Assembly: GCA_036507635.1 (NCBI GenBank)
Contig: DATCIQ010000003.1
Location: 1-55,512, forward strand
Direction: 5' to 3'
DNA: 55,512 nt
From: Gammaproteobacteria bacterium
Lineage (GTDB): Bacteria; Pseudomonadota; Gammaproteobacteria; Steroidobacterales; Rariloculaceae
The notes under the pieces are model-generated. The model saw only the letters and a list, made by a program, of their open reading frames with translations, was not told the DNA's origin and ran no database searches. Position 1 is the first letter of the stretch, and each line of letters starts with the position of its first letter. The translations under genes and the position numbers were made by a program. Below, in pieces: positions 38,552-47,355 of this stretch.

Positions 38552-39496
38552 TCATTCAACCCCAAAGCTGCGGAACAACGCGCGCGTGAGCCCACTATTG
38601 TCACGTTGCAACACGGAACGCATGGTCAGCTGCGTCGTGTCGATGGTCACTGTTCCGGTAAGCAAAAAGTGCTCACTGACACCGTCGATCTTGGCGAACA
38701 TCTCAGGCGCGATCAGATCCGCGAAAGTCGTCTCCACGTCGGCGAAACCGGTATCGCCGCGCTCGTCGATGAGCGACGCCGCGAGCGACAGATCGATGTC
38801 GTCCGACAGCGAGGCCAATAGCATGTCCGATGCGGTGTTGACGTTCAAGGTCGTGCCGCGCGGCAGGGCCGCGACATACGGCGCGATGAGTCGGTAGCTT
38901 TCGTCATCGAATCCCGTCATGGCCATGAGCTCGGATGTCGACGTGATCATCACGTTCGCGGTGCGATAAGCGGGATCTTGCGCCGTGTATGCGGCATCCT
39001 CGGCGCCGGTGGGGAAGTGCACGTCGATGTCGGGATCGAGCCAGTCGACGACGACGCCGGCGAGACTCTCCTCGAGACCGAGCAGACGCAGCAGACGCTC
39101 GAGCTGCTCGCGCGCGAGCTCGTCCTCCGCACCTTCGAAAGTGACGAGGTTGTTGAGATTGAAGCGCCCCTGTAGGTCTTCGATTCGTCCGCTGATGACG
39201 CCGCCCTCGACGGGAAGCGGCGCGAGCTCCGTCGCCCAGAGCTCGCCAAGATGATCGCTGTCCGGCGAATCGACGAGGTCTTGGCGCAGAATATCGGCTG
39301 CCCAGGCTTCGGCGCCGAGGGCATACATGTAGCCCTGGTCGGCGGCGAGCGCCGACGCCGTCCGTCGTTGATCCAGCGTCGATTGCCACAATAGGTTCAC
39401 CGCGAGGATCGTGGCCATGGCCACGACGAAGACGGCCATGACAATGGCGACGCCTTGTTGGCGCTCGCGACCGGCAATGCTTAGCGAGGTCTTCAA
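38552..39496 (-). CDS. gspK: Type II secretion system minor pseudopilin K
   Basis: QQGVAIVMAVFVVAMATILAV... and GRFNLNNL are typical of GspK. The proposed TTG start at 39496 overlaps the gspJ stop (TTGA). The 470-aa ORF is an over-extension. Confidence 0.78.
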   Translation of the reverse strand: MKTSLSIAGRERQQGVAIVMAVFVVAMATILAVNLLWQSTLDQRRTASALAADQGYMYALGAEAWAADILRQDLVDSPDSDHLGELWATELAPLPVEGGVISGRIEDLQGRFNLNNLVTFEGAEDELAREQLERLLRLLGLEESLAGVVVDWLDPDIDVHFPTGAEDAAYTAQDPAYRTANVMITSTSELMAMTGFDDESYRLIAPYVAALPRGTTLNVNTASDMLLASLSDDIDLSLAASLIDERGDTGFADVETTFADLIAPEMFAKIDGVSEHFLLTGTVTIDTTQLTMRSVLQRDNSGLTRALFRSFGVE

Positions 39497-40137
39497 TTGC
39501 TGGTCTCCACGAGCCGCGACACGCGGCCGTAGCCCTCGAGCTCTACGGCGAGCTCGGTCGCACGCGGCCGCATGACCTGTCCCTCGGGTCCCGAGACACC
39601 GACCGGCGGCCATTCCAGGTGCCACTGTCCCGAAGCATCGAGGAACCGCACCTCGAGGTTCTCGACGCCCGAAAGAAGCTCCGTCCTCAGGGGCGGCGTC
39701 GCGAGCGTGCGATCCGCCACGGGCCAACGGAAGCGCACGAGCTTGTCGTCCTCCCAGGCATAGGCGACACGGAGCACGGTGCCGCGCGCAAAACCGGCGG
39801 GGTTCGACCAGCCGCCGCGGCTCAACTCGAGCGGGAATTGGGCGTTGGGGCTCGCCAGTAGGCTCGGCAGAAACGTCTCGCCGAGCTCCTCGCGCGTCGG
39901 TCGAGGATGTATCTGCGCCAAGTCTTGCATCACGATGCGCATGGCGAATTGCACTTCGCGCCACCGGTCGGCGCGTACGCTCGCGAGCGACTGCTGCTCG
40001 ATGACCGCATTCAAGCCGCCGAATGCCATGATCCCGATGATGGCGACGATCGCCATCGCCACGAGCAACTCGACGAGCGTGAAGCCGCTCTCGAGCGCAG
40101 AGCCATGCCGAGATCTGCGTCGCACGCGCATCGTCAT
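39493..40137 (-). CDS. gspJ: Type II secretion system minor pseudopilin J
   Basis: Prepilin-type N-terminus SG/FTLVELLVAMAIV, 214 aa. Confidence 0.85.
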   Translation of the reverse strand: MTMRVRRRSRHGSALESGFTLVELLVAMAIVAIIGIMAFGGLNAVIEQQSLASVRADRWREVQFAMRIVMQDLAQIHPRPTREELGETFLPSLLASPNAQFPLELSRGGWSNPAGFARGTVLRVAYAWEDDKLVRFRWPVADRTLATPPLRTELLSGVENLEVRFLDASGQWHLEWPPVGVSGPEGQVMRPRATELAVELEGYGRVSRLVETSN

Positions 40138-40598
40138 CCGCCGGCGCCGCCGCGAGGACCGTAAACGGCGCCCGGTGACTCGAGCCAGCGCATAGGCACG
40201 AAGCCCCGCGGCGGCGGCGGCTCGATGAGACCCGACATCCTATGGATCGTGCGGTCGGGGGTTTCCGCGCGCGCCACCGAGACGTCGACGCGCCGCAGGT
40301 TCTCGACTTGAGTCTCGGACACTTCGATTACGCAGATCCAGAGGCGCCCCGCATACTCGAGCTCTTCCTCCACGCTGCCGAGCTCGGGCCAGTCGGATTG
40401 AACGCTCCGCTCCGTGAGTATGTTGGTCGCGATCCAGCTCGCGAGCGTCTTCTCTTCCATGTAGGTGGCCGTGACGGCGTACTGACTGAGCTGCGTGTAG
40501 ACGGCCATCATGCCGAGCGCGACGATCACGAGCGCAACGGCCGCCTCGATGAGCGTGAATCCAGCGGACCGTCGCAGGTTAAGGCGTCGGATAACCAC
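40134..40598 (-). CDS. gspI: Type II secretion system minor pseudopilin I
   Basis: Prepilin-type N-terminus AG/FTLIEAAVALVIV. It carries an unusual Pro/Gly-rich C-terminal extension (EPPPPRGF...GPRGGAGG). Confidence 0.82.
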   Translation of the reverse strand: MVIRRLNLRRSAGFTLIEAAVALVIVALGMMAVYTQLSQYAVTATYMEEKTLASWIATNILTERSVQSDWPELGSVEEELEYAGRLWICVIEVSETQVENLRRVDVSVARAETPDRTIHRMSGLIEPPPPRGFVPMRWLESPGAVYGPRGGAGG

Positions 40599-41163
40599 GG
40601 CTCTCGGTCTCGATCGTGCCGTCGGCCACCGCGGTCAGGACGTGCTCGCCCGCGATTGCGTCGTGAAAGATCCGGGCCTCGAACGGCGTCATCTCGCCGC
40701 TCGAGAGGATCAGCACTTGGGGCTCCGGATCATCCTCATCGTCCGCGTCGATCCGCTCCGCGAGGACGATCTCCCGGTCTTCGACGACCACCGCGAGATC
40801 GAGCCGGTCGCCGATCGTGTGCTCGCCGAGCAGCCGATCTCCGGCAGGCGCAAGCCATGCCTCAAGCCCGTAGTCGTAGGTGTAGAAGCGATATGCCGAG
40901 CGCGTGAACAACACGCCGTAATCCCGACTCTGCATGATGGCTTCCTCGCGGACGAGGTCAAGAACGCTTTTCAGGCGCTCCGCTTGCTCACGCTCGTTGG
41001 CGCGGTCGGTGCCAAGGTCACGCAGTGACAGCACGGCCGCGCCGACGAGAATTCCGATGATTGCCATGACGACCAAAAGCTCGAGCAGCGAGAAACCGCG
41101 CTCAGCGTCGCGCCTCGCGGCACGCGACGAGTCAATTGAGATCCCAATTACCGATATCGGCAT
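40579..41163 (-). CDS. gspH: Type II secretion system minor pseudopilin H
   Basis: Prepilin-type motif RG/FSLLELLVVMAIIGIL. The start is uncertain. The only canonical start is ATG 41163, which overlaps gspG by 32 nt and gives a 23-aa leader. ATT at 41136, overlapping the gspG stop, is an alternative. Confidence 0.72.
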   Translation of the reverse strand: MPISVIGISIDSSRAARRDAERGFSLLELLVVMAIIGILVGAAVLSLRDLGTDRANEREQAERLKSVLDLVREEAIMQSRDYGVLFTRSAYRFYTYDYGLEAWLAPAGDRLLGEHTIGDRLDLAVVVEDREIVLAERIDADDEDDPEPQVLILSSGEMTPFEARIFHDAIAGEHVLTAVADGTIETESRGYPTP

Positions 41164-41578
41164 TGTTGTCTTCGCCGCCTTCTTGACCGTCCGCGCCCAA
41201 GGTGTAGACATCGAACTCGCCATGCTGACCGGGTTGTAGGTAGAGATACTCACGATTCCATGGGTCCTCGGGCATCGACTTCAAGTAACCGCCCTTGACC
41301 CAATTCGGAGCGATCGTCTCACCGGGATTCGTGACCAGGGCCTTAAGGCCTTCCTCCGTGCTCGGATAGCGGTAATTGTCGAGACGGTACAAGTCGAGCG
41401 CCGACTCGATGCTGCGGACGTCCTGCCGCGCGCGATTGATCTCCGCGCGATCCAGCTGCCTCATGATGTTCGGAGCAATCATCGCGGCGAGCAGCCCGAT
41501 GATGACGACGACGACCATGATCTCGATGAGCGTGAAACCGTTCTCGGTCTTCGGCGACCTTGCGCTTAAATCCAGCAT
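41132..41578 (-). CDS. gspG: Type II secretion system major pseudopilin G
   Basis: NG/FTLIEIMVVVVIIGLLAAMIAPNIM...DPWNREYLY is highly typical of GspG. Confidence 0.93.
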   Translation of the reverse strand: MLDLSARSPKTENGFTLIEIMVVVVIIGLLAAMIAPNIMRQLDRAEINRARQDVRSIESALDLYRLDNYRYPSTEEGLKALVTNPGETIAPNWVKGGYLKSMPEDPWNREYLYLQPGQHGEFDVYTLGADGQEGGEDNNADIGNWDLN

Positions 41579-41653
41579 GGCACTACCTTAGCGTGGCGAT
41601 AGTTGCTTCCCCCCCAAAGCCCCCGAAGATAGCATAATCACCAGCGATTCACC

Positions 41654-42277
41654 GTGACCGACGCACCCCTTCCATCCGCCCCAGCGCACCGGCAGAGAGC
41701 ACTGTGGCGCTGGCAAGTTCCACTCGGCGTTGCGTTGCTATCCGTCGTCCTGTCGCTCGGCGGAGACACGCTGCGCGAGCTCGCGCGTTACGAACGCGGC
41801 GAGCTTCTGGCGGGGGACGTTTGGCGGCTCGTGACGGCGCACCTCGTGCATCTAGGCATGGGCCACACGATATTGAATGTGAGCGCCCTCGCTATTCTCG
41901 TCTGGTTGTTCGACGAGATTCTCGACAATGTGGAGTGGGCAGTCGTCATGCTCGCATCCGCGCTCAGCATCGATGCCGGCCTCTATTGGTTTGCGAGCGA
42001 CGTCGATTGGTACGTGGGACTGTCCGGCGTCCTGCACGGAGTCATGATTGCCGGCAGCCTCAAGTTGCTCGCGGCGCGGGCGCCGATCGGCATGCTGCTG
42101 CTCTTGCTGACCTTGGGCAAATTGGCGTGGGAGCAATGGGGCGGTCCGGTGCCTTATTCGGAGCTCACCGCAGGCGGTCCCGTGGTCGTCGAGGCGCATC
42201 TTTTCGGTGCGATCGGCGGTGTTGCCGGGATCGCTCTGCTCATGCTGGTTCGCCGTGCTCTTCGGCGGTCGCTATAA
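41654..42277 (+). CDS. rrtA: Rhombosortase-like rhomboid-family intramembrane serine protease
   Basis: 207 aa, polytopic, with a GTG start. WRLVTAHLVHLGMGHTILN, GLSGVLHG (catalytic Ser) and AHLFGAIGG (catalytic His) are present. The size and motifs fit the short rhombosortase subfamily. Confidence 0.7.
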   Translation: MTDAPLPSAPAHRQRALWRWQVPLGVALLSVVLSLGGDTLRELARYERGELLAGDVWRLVTAHLVHLGMGHTILNVSALAILVWLFDEILDNVEWAVVMLASALSIDAGLYWFASDVDWYVGLSGVLHGVMIAGSLKLLAARAPIGMLLLLLTLGKLAWEQWGGPVPYSELTAGGPVVVEAHLFGAIGGVAGIALLMLVRRALRRSL

Positions 42278-42305
42278 TCGCGCACCGCTTTCGTTTCGGA
42301 ACACC

Positions 42306-43076
42306 ATGGAACTTGCAGCGCTTACGAGATGGCCCGGGATCGCCGGGCAGACGGCCGTCGTCACGGGCGCCTCGCGCGGCATCGGCCGCGCGATCGCGGA
42401 AGCTCTCGTGCAACAGGGCGCCAACGTTATCGGTACGGCGACGACGGCGTCAGGCGCCGAAGCGATCACGAACCGCCTCGGCGAGCTCGGCAAGCGAAGC
42501 GCCGGTCGCGTCCTCGATGTGACGGACGGGGCGGCGATCGATGCCTTTTGGGACGAAGTGACGGCGGAATTCGGAGCGCCGACGATCCTCGTCAACAGCG
42601 CCGGCATCACACGCGACAATTTGCTCATGCGTATGAAGGACGAGGAATGGGATCAGGTGCTCGCGACAAATCTGACTGCCTTGCATCGGGTATGCAAGGC
42701 GGCGTTGCGCGGCATGATGAAGGCACGCCATGGCCGTATCATCAACATCGGCTCCGTGGTGGGACTCACGGGCAACCCAGGACAGGCCAACTACGCCGCC
42801 GCCAAAGCAGGAATGATCGGCTTCTCGAAATCTCTGGCGCGCGAGGTCGCATCGAGAAACATCACCGTAAACACCATCGCGCCCGGGTTCATCGACACCG
42901 ATATGACGAGGTCGTTGAACGAGAAACAGGTAGACTCGCTCCGTCAACAGATCCCGGCCGGCCGGCTCGGCGTTCCCGAGGACGTCGCCGCAGCGGTCGT
43001 ATATCTGGCCTCCGACGCGGGCGGCTACGTGACCGGCGAAACGCTCAATGTCAATGGCGGCCTGTACATGCAGTGA
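42306..43076 (+). CDS. fabG: 3-oxoacyl-[ACP] reductase
   Basis: VVTGASRGIGRAIA, NSAGITRD and YAAAKAG (SDR motifs), 256 aa from the ATG at 42306. Confidence 0.93.
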   Translation: MELAALTRWPGIAGQTAVVTGASRGIGRAIAEALVQQGANVIGTATTASGAEAITNRLGELGKRSAGRVLDVTDGAAIDAFWDEVTAEFGAPTILVNSAGITRDNLLMRMKDEEWDQVLATNLTALHRVCKAALRGMMKARHGRIINIGSVVGLTGNPGQANYAAAKAGMIGFSKSLAREVASRNITVNTIAPGFIDTDMTRSLNEKQVDSLRQQIPAGRLGVPEDVAAAVVYLASDAGGYVTGETLNVNGGLYMQ

Positions 43077-43193
43077 TCGCGAAAGGTTCCGAATAACGTA
43101 CTGTTTTCAACTATCTTTTGTTATTCTTGTAGGGTTGGGCTCACTGATTTGTAGAAGGACCCGCCTGATTTCAATACAATACGCGCCACGCTG

Positions 43194-43212
43194 GCCGGAC
43201 CCATGGTCCGGC
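43194..43212 (+). other. Stable hairpin in the fabG-acpP intergenic region
   Basis: GCCGGACC-CAT-GGTCCGGC is an 8-bp GC-rich stem with no clear U tract. It may be a processing or attenuation structure. Confidence 0.35.
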
Positions 43213-43240
43213 TTGTCACTTAATAGGGGGTATGGAAGAG

Positions 43241-43483
43241 ATGAGCAGTGTCGAAGATCAAGTCAGAGGAATCATTGCTGAGCAGCTGGGCGTCAAGGCC
43301 GACGAGATCAAGAACGACGCCTCGTTCGTCGACGATTTGGGCGCTGACTCCTTGGACACCGTAGAGCTCGTGATGGCCCTCGAAGAAGAGTTCGAGACAG
43401 AAATCCCCGACGAAGACGCGGAAAAAATAACGACGGTCCAACAGGCTATCGACTATATCGTCTCGAGAAAAGGCGATTCGTGA
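43241..43483 (+). CDS. acpP: Acyl carrier protein
   Basis: [18 protein letters not shown]...[20 protein letters not shown] contains the phosphopantetheine Ser. The ATG at 43241 is preferred by N-terminal alignment over 43232. Confidence 0.95.
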   Translation: MSSVEDQVRGIIAEQLGVKADEIKNDASFVDDLGADSLDTVELVMALEEEFETEIPDEDAEKITTVQQAIDYIVSRKGDS

Positions 43484-43539
43484 CCGGTACGGCGTGTCCG
43501 CCGTTGCTTCCCTAAGGCGATTACCGCGAGCAATAAACC

Positions 43540-44781
43540 GTGGCCAAGCGACGGGTCGTTGTCACCGGGCTGGGACTGATCGCGCCGACCGGTAACACCG
43601 TTCTGGACGCCTGGAACAACGTCCGGGACGGCATCAGCGGAATTACCGAGATCGATTCCTTCGATGCAAGCCAGTTCACTACGCGCTTTGCCGGAACCAT
43701 TCGCAATTTCGACGTCGGCGCATATCTCGAGCCGAAAGAAGCACGCAAGTGCGATCCCTTCATTCATTACGGCATCGCCGCGTCAGTGCAGGCGATCGCC
43801 GATTCCGGCATCGAGGTCAAGGACGGCGAGGCGCATAGAATCGGCATCGCCATGGGTGCCGGGATCGGCGGCATCAGCACGATCGAGGCGACGCACGACA
43901 AGTGGCGCGAAGGAGGGCCGCGGCGCATATCGCCGTTCTTCGTCCCCGCAACCATCATCAACATGATCTCCGGCCATGTCTCGATCATGTACGGCATGAC
44001 CGGGCCGAATCTTGCTGTGGTCACGGCGTGCACGACGTCGACGCATTGTATCGGCCTTGCCGGGCGCCTGATTCAGCACGGCGACGCCGACGTCATGTTG
44101 GCGGGCGGCGCCGAGTATGCTACGACGCCGCTCGGGCTCGGCGGCTTCTGCTCCGCGCGCGCATTGTCGACGAGAAACGATGCGCCGACGCTTGCGAGCC
44201 GGCCGTGGGACCGCGACCGCGACGGCTTCGTGCTCAGCGACGGCGCAGGGTGCATCGCGCTCGAAGAATATGAGCACGCGCGAGCTCGCGGCGCCAAAAT
44301 CTACGCCGAGCTCGTGGGCTTCGGAATGAGCGCCGATGCGCACCACATCACCGCGCCCTCCGACAGCGGCGAGGGGGCGTATCAATGCATGCGCAACGCC
44401 CTGCAAGACGCGGGATTGAGTGCCGAGGAGATCGGCTACATCAACGCGCACGGGACGTCGACGCCGCTCGGCGACGTCGCCGAGACGGTCGCGATCAAAC
44501 GCGCTTTCGGGTCGTACGCCAAGAAGCTCGTGGTGAGCTCGACCAAATCGACGACCGGGCACATGATCGGAGCGGCCGGTGCAGCGGAGGCGATCTTCAC
44601 GATCTTGGCCCTACAGAATCAAGTCGTTCCCCCGACGATCAACCTCGACAACCAGGATCCCGCCTGCGACCTCGATTACGCGCCGAAAACGGCGCGCGAT
44701 ACGAAGCTTAGCGCGGCGCTGTCGAACTCTTTCGGCTTCGGCGGCACCAACGGCACGGTAGTTTTCGTCACGCCCCCTTGA
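43540..44781 (+). CDS. fabF: 3-oxoacyl-[ACP] synthase II
   Basis: 413 aa with a GTG start. [20 protein letters not shown] (active Cys), [11 protein letters not shown] and [11 protein letters not shown] are present. Confidence 0.95.
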   Translation: MAKRRVVVTGLGLIAPTGNTVLDAWNNVRDGISGITEIDSFDASQFTTRFAGTIRNFDVGAYLEPKEARKCDPFIHYGIAASVQAIADSGIEVKDGEAHRIGIAMGAGIGGISTIEATHDKWREGGPRRISPFFVPATIINMISGHVSIMYGMTGPNLAVVTACTTSTHCIGLAGRLIQHGDADVMLAGGAEYATTPLGLGGFCSARALSTRNDAPTLASRPWDRDRDGFVLSDGAGCIALEEYEHARARGAKIYAELVGFGMSADAHHITAPSDSGEGAYQCMRNALQDAGLSAEEIGYINAHGTSTPLGDVAETVAIKRAFGSYAKKLVVSSTKSTTGHMIGAAGAAEAIFTILALQNQVVPPTINLDNQDPACDLDYAPKTARDTKLSAALSNSFGFGGTNGTVVFVTPP

Positions 44782-44874
44782 GCCGCCCGGCTGTCCGTAA
44801 GAGCGGTCGGCGCATTTCTGCATGAGCTCCCCTGGTACGCTAACCTTGGCGTGAGCTTCTGAGGCACACAGCAA

Positions 44875-45696
44875 GTGCAGTGGAGTTGGTCGGTTAACGG
44901 CGCGGCTACCGGGGTCGATCCCGAAGACCGCGGTCTCGCCTACGGCGACGGTCTGTTCGAAACGATGGCCGCGCAGGACGGGGGCATCCGGTGGCTCGAG
45001 CAACACCTCGAACGCCTGACTGCCGGCTGCGCGCGACTCGCCATTTCCGGCCTGTCAGTCGCCGACTTGCGCCGGCAGCTGGCACGACAAACGCCGCCTC
45101 GAGGGAAGGCCGTCATCAAGCTTATCGTGACTCGCGGGACCGGCGCGCGCGGCTATCGCCCTCCGCCGGAATCCCGGCCTACGGTGATCATCGGGTCTGG
45201 ACCATGGCCCGTGCAGCCTGCAGAGCACTACACTCACGGGATCGAGATGGTCACTTGCGAGACGCGCCTCGGCGAGAATCCGAAACTTGCAGGATTGAAG
45301 CACTTATGCCGCTTGGAACAGGTCATGGCGCAGATAGAATTGCGGAACCGCGGTGTCGACGAAGGCGTGTTGTTGAGCACCGGCGATCTCGTCGTCAGCG
45401 GCACGAGCAACAACGTGTTCGCGGTGTATGGTTCCCGGGTTTGCACGCCGCGGATCGAGCGCTGCGGCGTCCGCGGTGTCATGCGCCGTCTGGTGCTCGA
45501 GTCCTGCGCCGCCCTCGACCTGCCGTACGAAGAGATCGACATGGACATCGAAGCCCTGCGCCGCGCCGACGAGGTGTTCGTGACGAACGCGTTGCTCGGC
45601 GTGCGCCCCGTTCGGCGCTTGGACGGTCAGGTCTTCGCCGCCGGTCCCGTCACTCGACGTATCGGCGCCCGGCTCGGAACCGCGCCGCGTGAGTAG
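44875..45696 (+). CDS. pabC: Aminodeoxychorismate lyase
   Basis: Fold type IV PLP enzyme (RGLAYGDGLFET, KHLCRLEQV), in the conserved position after fabF. Confidence 0.85.
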   Translation: MQWSWSVNGAATGVDPEDRGLAYGDGLFETMAAQDGGIRWLEQHLERLTAGCARLAISGLSVADLRRQLARQTPPRGKAVIKLIVTRGTGARGYRPPPESRPTVIIGSGPWPVQPAEHYTHGIEMVTCETRLGENPKLAGLKHLCRLEQVMAQIELRNRGVDEGVLLSTGDLVVSGTSNNVFAVYGSRVCTPRIERCGVRGVMRRLVLESCAALDLPYEEIDMDIEALRRADEVFVTNALLGVRPVRRLDGQVFAAGPVTRRIGARLGTAPRE

Positions 45697-46708
45697 ACCG
45701 ATCCGCATCGCCTTGGCGTGTTTCGTCGTCGCGGCAATCGCTGCCGGCGCCGGCGCGTTCACGATGTGGCGAAGCCTGAGCTCACCCATGACGTTGCCGG
45801 CGGAGGGCGACACCTTCGAGGTGATCGTCGGAACGCCCCTGGCGAAGCTCGCGGCCGACTTGGGCGAACGAAATCTGCTGCCGCATCCGCGCTTCCTGAC
45901 CGCGTATGCCCGCGTCACCGGCGACGCGACACGGATTCAAGCCGGAGAGTACCGAATCCCGCCCGGGACGACGCCGCTCGGGCTGCTCGACATGCTCGTC
46001 AAAGGCAGCGTGGTTCTTCACCAATTCACGGTCGTCGAGGGCTGGCGTTTTGCGGATTTGCTGACCGCGGTGCGCGCGCACCCAGCCGTGCGCAGCCTCG
46101 ATACGGGCGCAGCCGACATCATGGCCGAGCTCGGCAGCCCCGGAACCCCGCCGGAAGGGCAATTCCTGCCGGACACGTATGTGTTCCCCAAGGGCACGAC
46201 GGACTTGCAGGTGCTCCGCCTGGCTCACGAAGCGCTCGTCGAGCGGCTCGATGCGGCATGGGCCGAGCGTTCGCCGGACACGGTCTTGAGCGACCCTTAT
46301 GAGGCGTTGATTCTCGCTTCCATCATCGAGAAAGAGACGGCATTGCCTGCCGAGCGGCGCCTCATCTCGGGCGTCTTTCAAGGGCGCCTGCAGCGCGGTA
46401 TGCGACTGCAGACCGATCCGACGGTGATCTACGGGCTTGGCGACGCGTTCGACGGCAATTTGCGACGCCGCGACCTCGCGCGCGACACACCCTACAACAC
46501 GTACACGCGGCGCGGCCTTCCGCCGACGCCGATCGCTCTTCCCGGTGTCGCGTCGTTGGAAGCCGCCGTGAATCCCGAGCTCACGGGTGCGTTGTATTTC
46601 GTCGCCACGGGGGACCCGGACGGCAGCCATAGCTTCTCGGCGACGGTCGAGGAGCACAACGCGGCCGTTCGCCGATATCTCGACCGCACGCGCCAACAAA
46701 CACCCTAG
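45689..46708 (+). CDS. mltG: Endolytic murein transglycosylase (YceG family)
   Basis: N-terminal TM segment, then ILASIIEKE, DPTVIYG, YNTYTRRGLPPTPI and ALYFVA motifs. Confidence 0.92.
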   Translation: MSRPIRIALACFVVAAIAAGAGAFTMWRSLSSPMTLPAEGDTFEVIVGTPLAKLAADLGERNLLPHPRFLTAYARVTGDATRIQAGEYRIPPGTTPLGLLDMLVKGSVVLHQFTVVEGWRFADLLTAVRAHPAVRSLDTGAADIMAELGSPGTPPEGQFLPDTYVFPKGTTDLQVLRLAHEALVERLDAAWAERSPDTVLSDPYEALILASIIEKETALPAERRLISGVFQGRLQRGMRLQTDPTVIYGLGDAFDGNLRRRDLARDTPYNTYTRRGLPPTPIALPGVASLEAAVNPELTGALYFVATGDPDGSHSFSATVEEHNAAVRRYLDRTRQQTP

Positions 46709-46710
46709 CC

Positions 46711-47355
46711 ATGCCGCGCGGGGCATTCATCACGCTCGAAGGAACCGAAGGGGTCGGCAAATCGAGCTGTCTCACGATCATCGGCGACTTCGTGGAATCG
46801 TCGGGCCACGACGCGGTGCTCACGCGCGAGCCCGGAGGCACGCCGCTCGGCGAGGGGCTTCGAGATTGGATACTCGACGGCGACCACGGCGCGTTGTCCG
46901 CCGAGGTCGAAGCCCTGCTCATGTTTGCGGCGCGTGCGTTGCACATCAATGCCGTCGTCGAGCCGGCGCTCGCCGCGGGTCGTTGGGTGATCTGCGACCG
47001 ATTCACGGACGCAACGATGGCCTATCAGGGCGGCGGACGCGGCGCGGATCGAGCGTTCCTGGAGAGCCTGGCCGCCGTCGTGCAAGGTTCGCTGCTGCCT
47101 GACCTCACCTTGTTGCTCGATGCACCCGTCGACGTCGGCCTCGCTAGGATCAGCGGGCGGGCGCACGATCACTTCGAGCGCGAAGGCCGCATTTTCTTCG
47201 AGCGCGTGCGCAGCACTTATCTCGACCTCGCACGCCGGGAACCCGAACGCATCAAAGTAGTGGATGCAAGCGCACCCCTCAACCAAGTCAAGCGGCAAAT
47301 CGTCGCGGAGATCGAGGCGTTCGAGCAAACGTTTGGAGCGCGCCATGGCCGTTGA
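46711..47355 (+). CDS. tmk: Thymidylate kinase
   Basis: FITLEGTEGVGKSS (P-loop), REPGGTPLGE and DRFTDATMAYQG. Confidence 0.94.
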   Translation: MPRGAFITLEGTEGVGKSSCLTIIGDFVESSGHDAVLTREPGGTPLGEGLRDWILDGDHGALSAEVEALLMFAARALHINAVVEPALAAGRWVICDRFTDATMAYQGGGRGADRAFLESLAAVVQGSLLPDLTLLLDAPVDVGLARISGRAHDHFEREGRIFFERVRSTYLDLARREPERIKVVDASAPLNQVKRQIVAEIEAFEQTFGARHGR

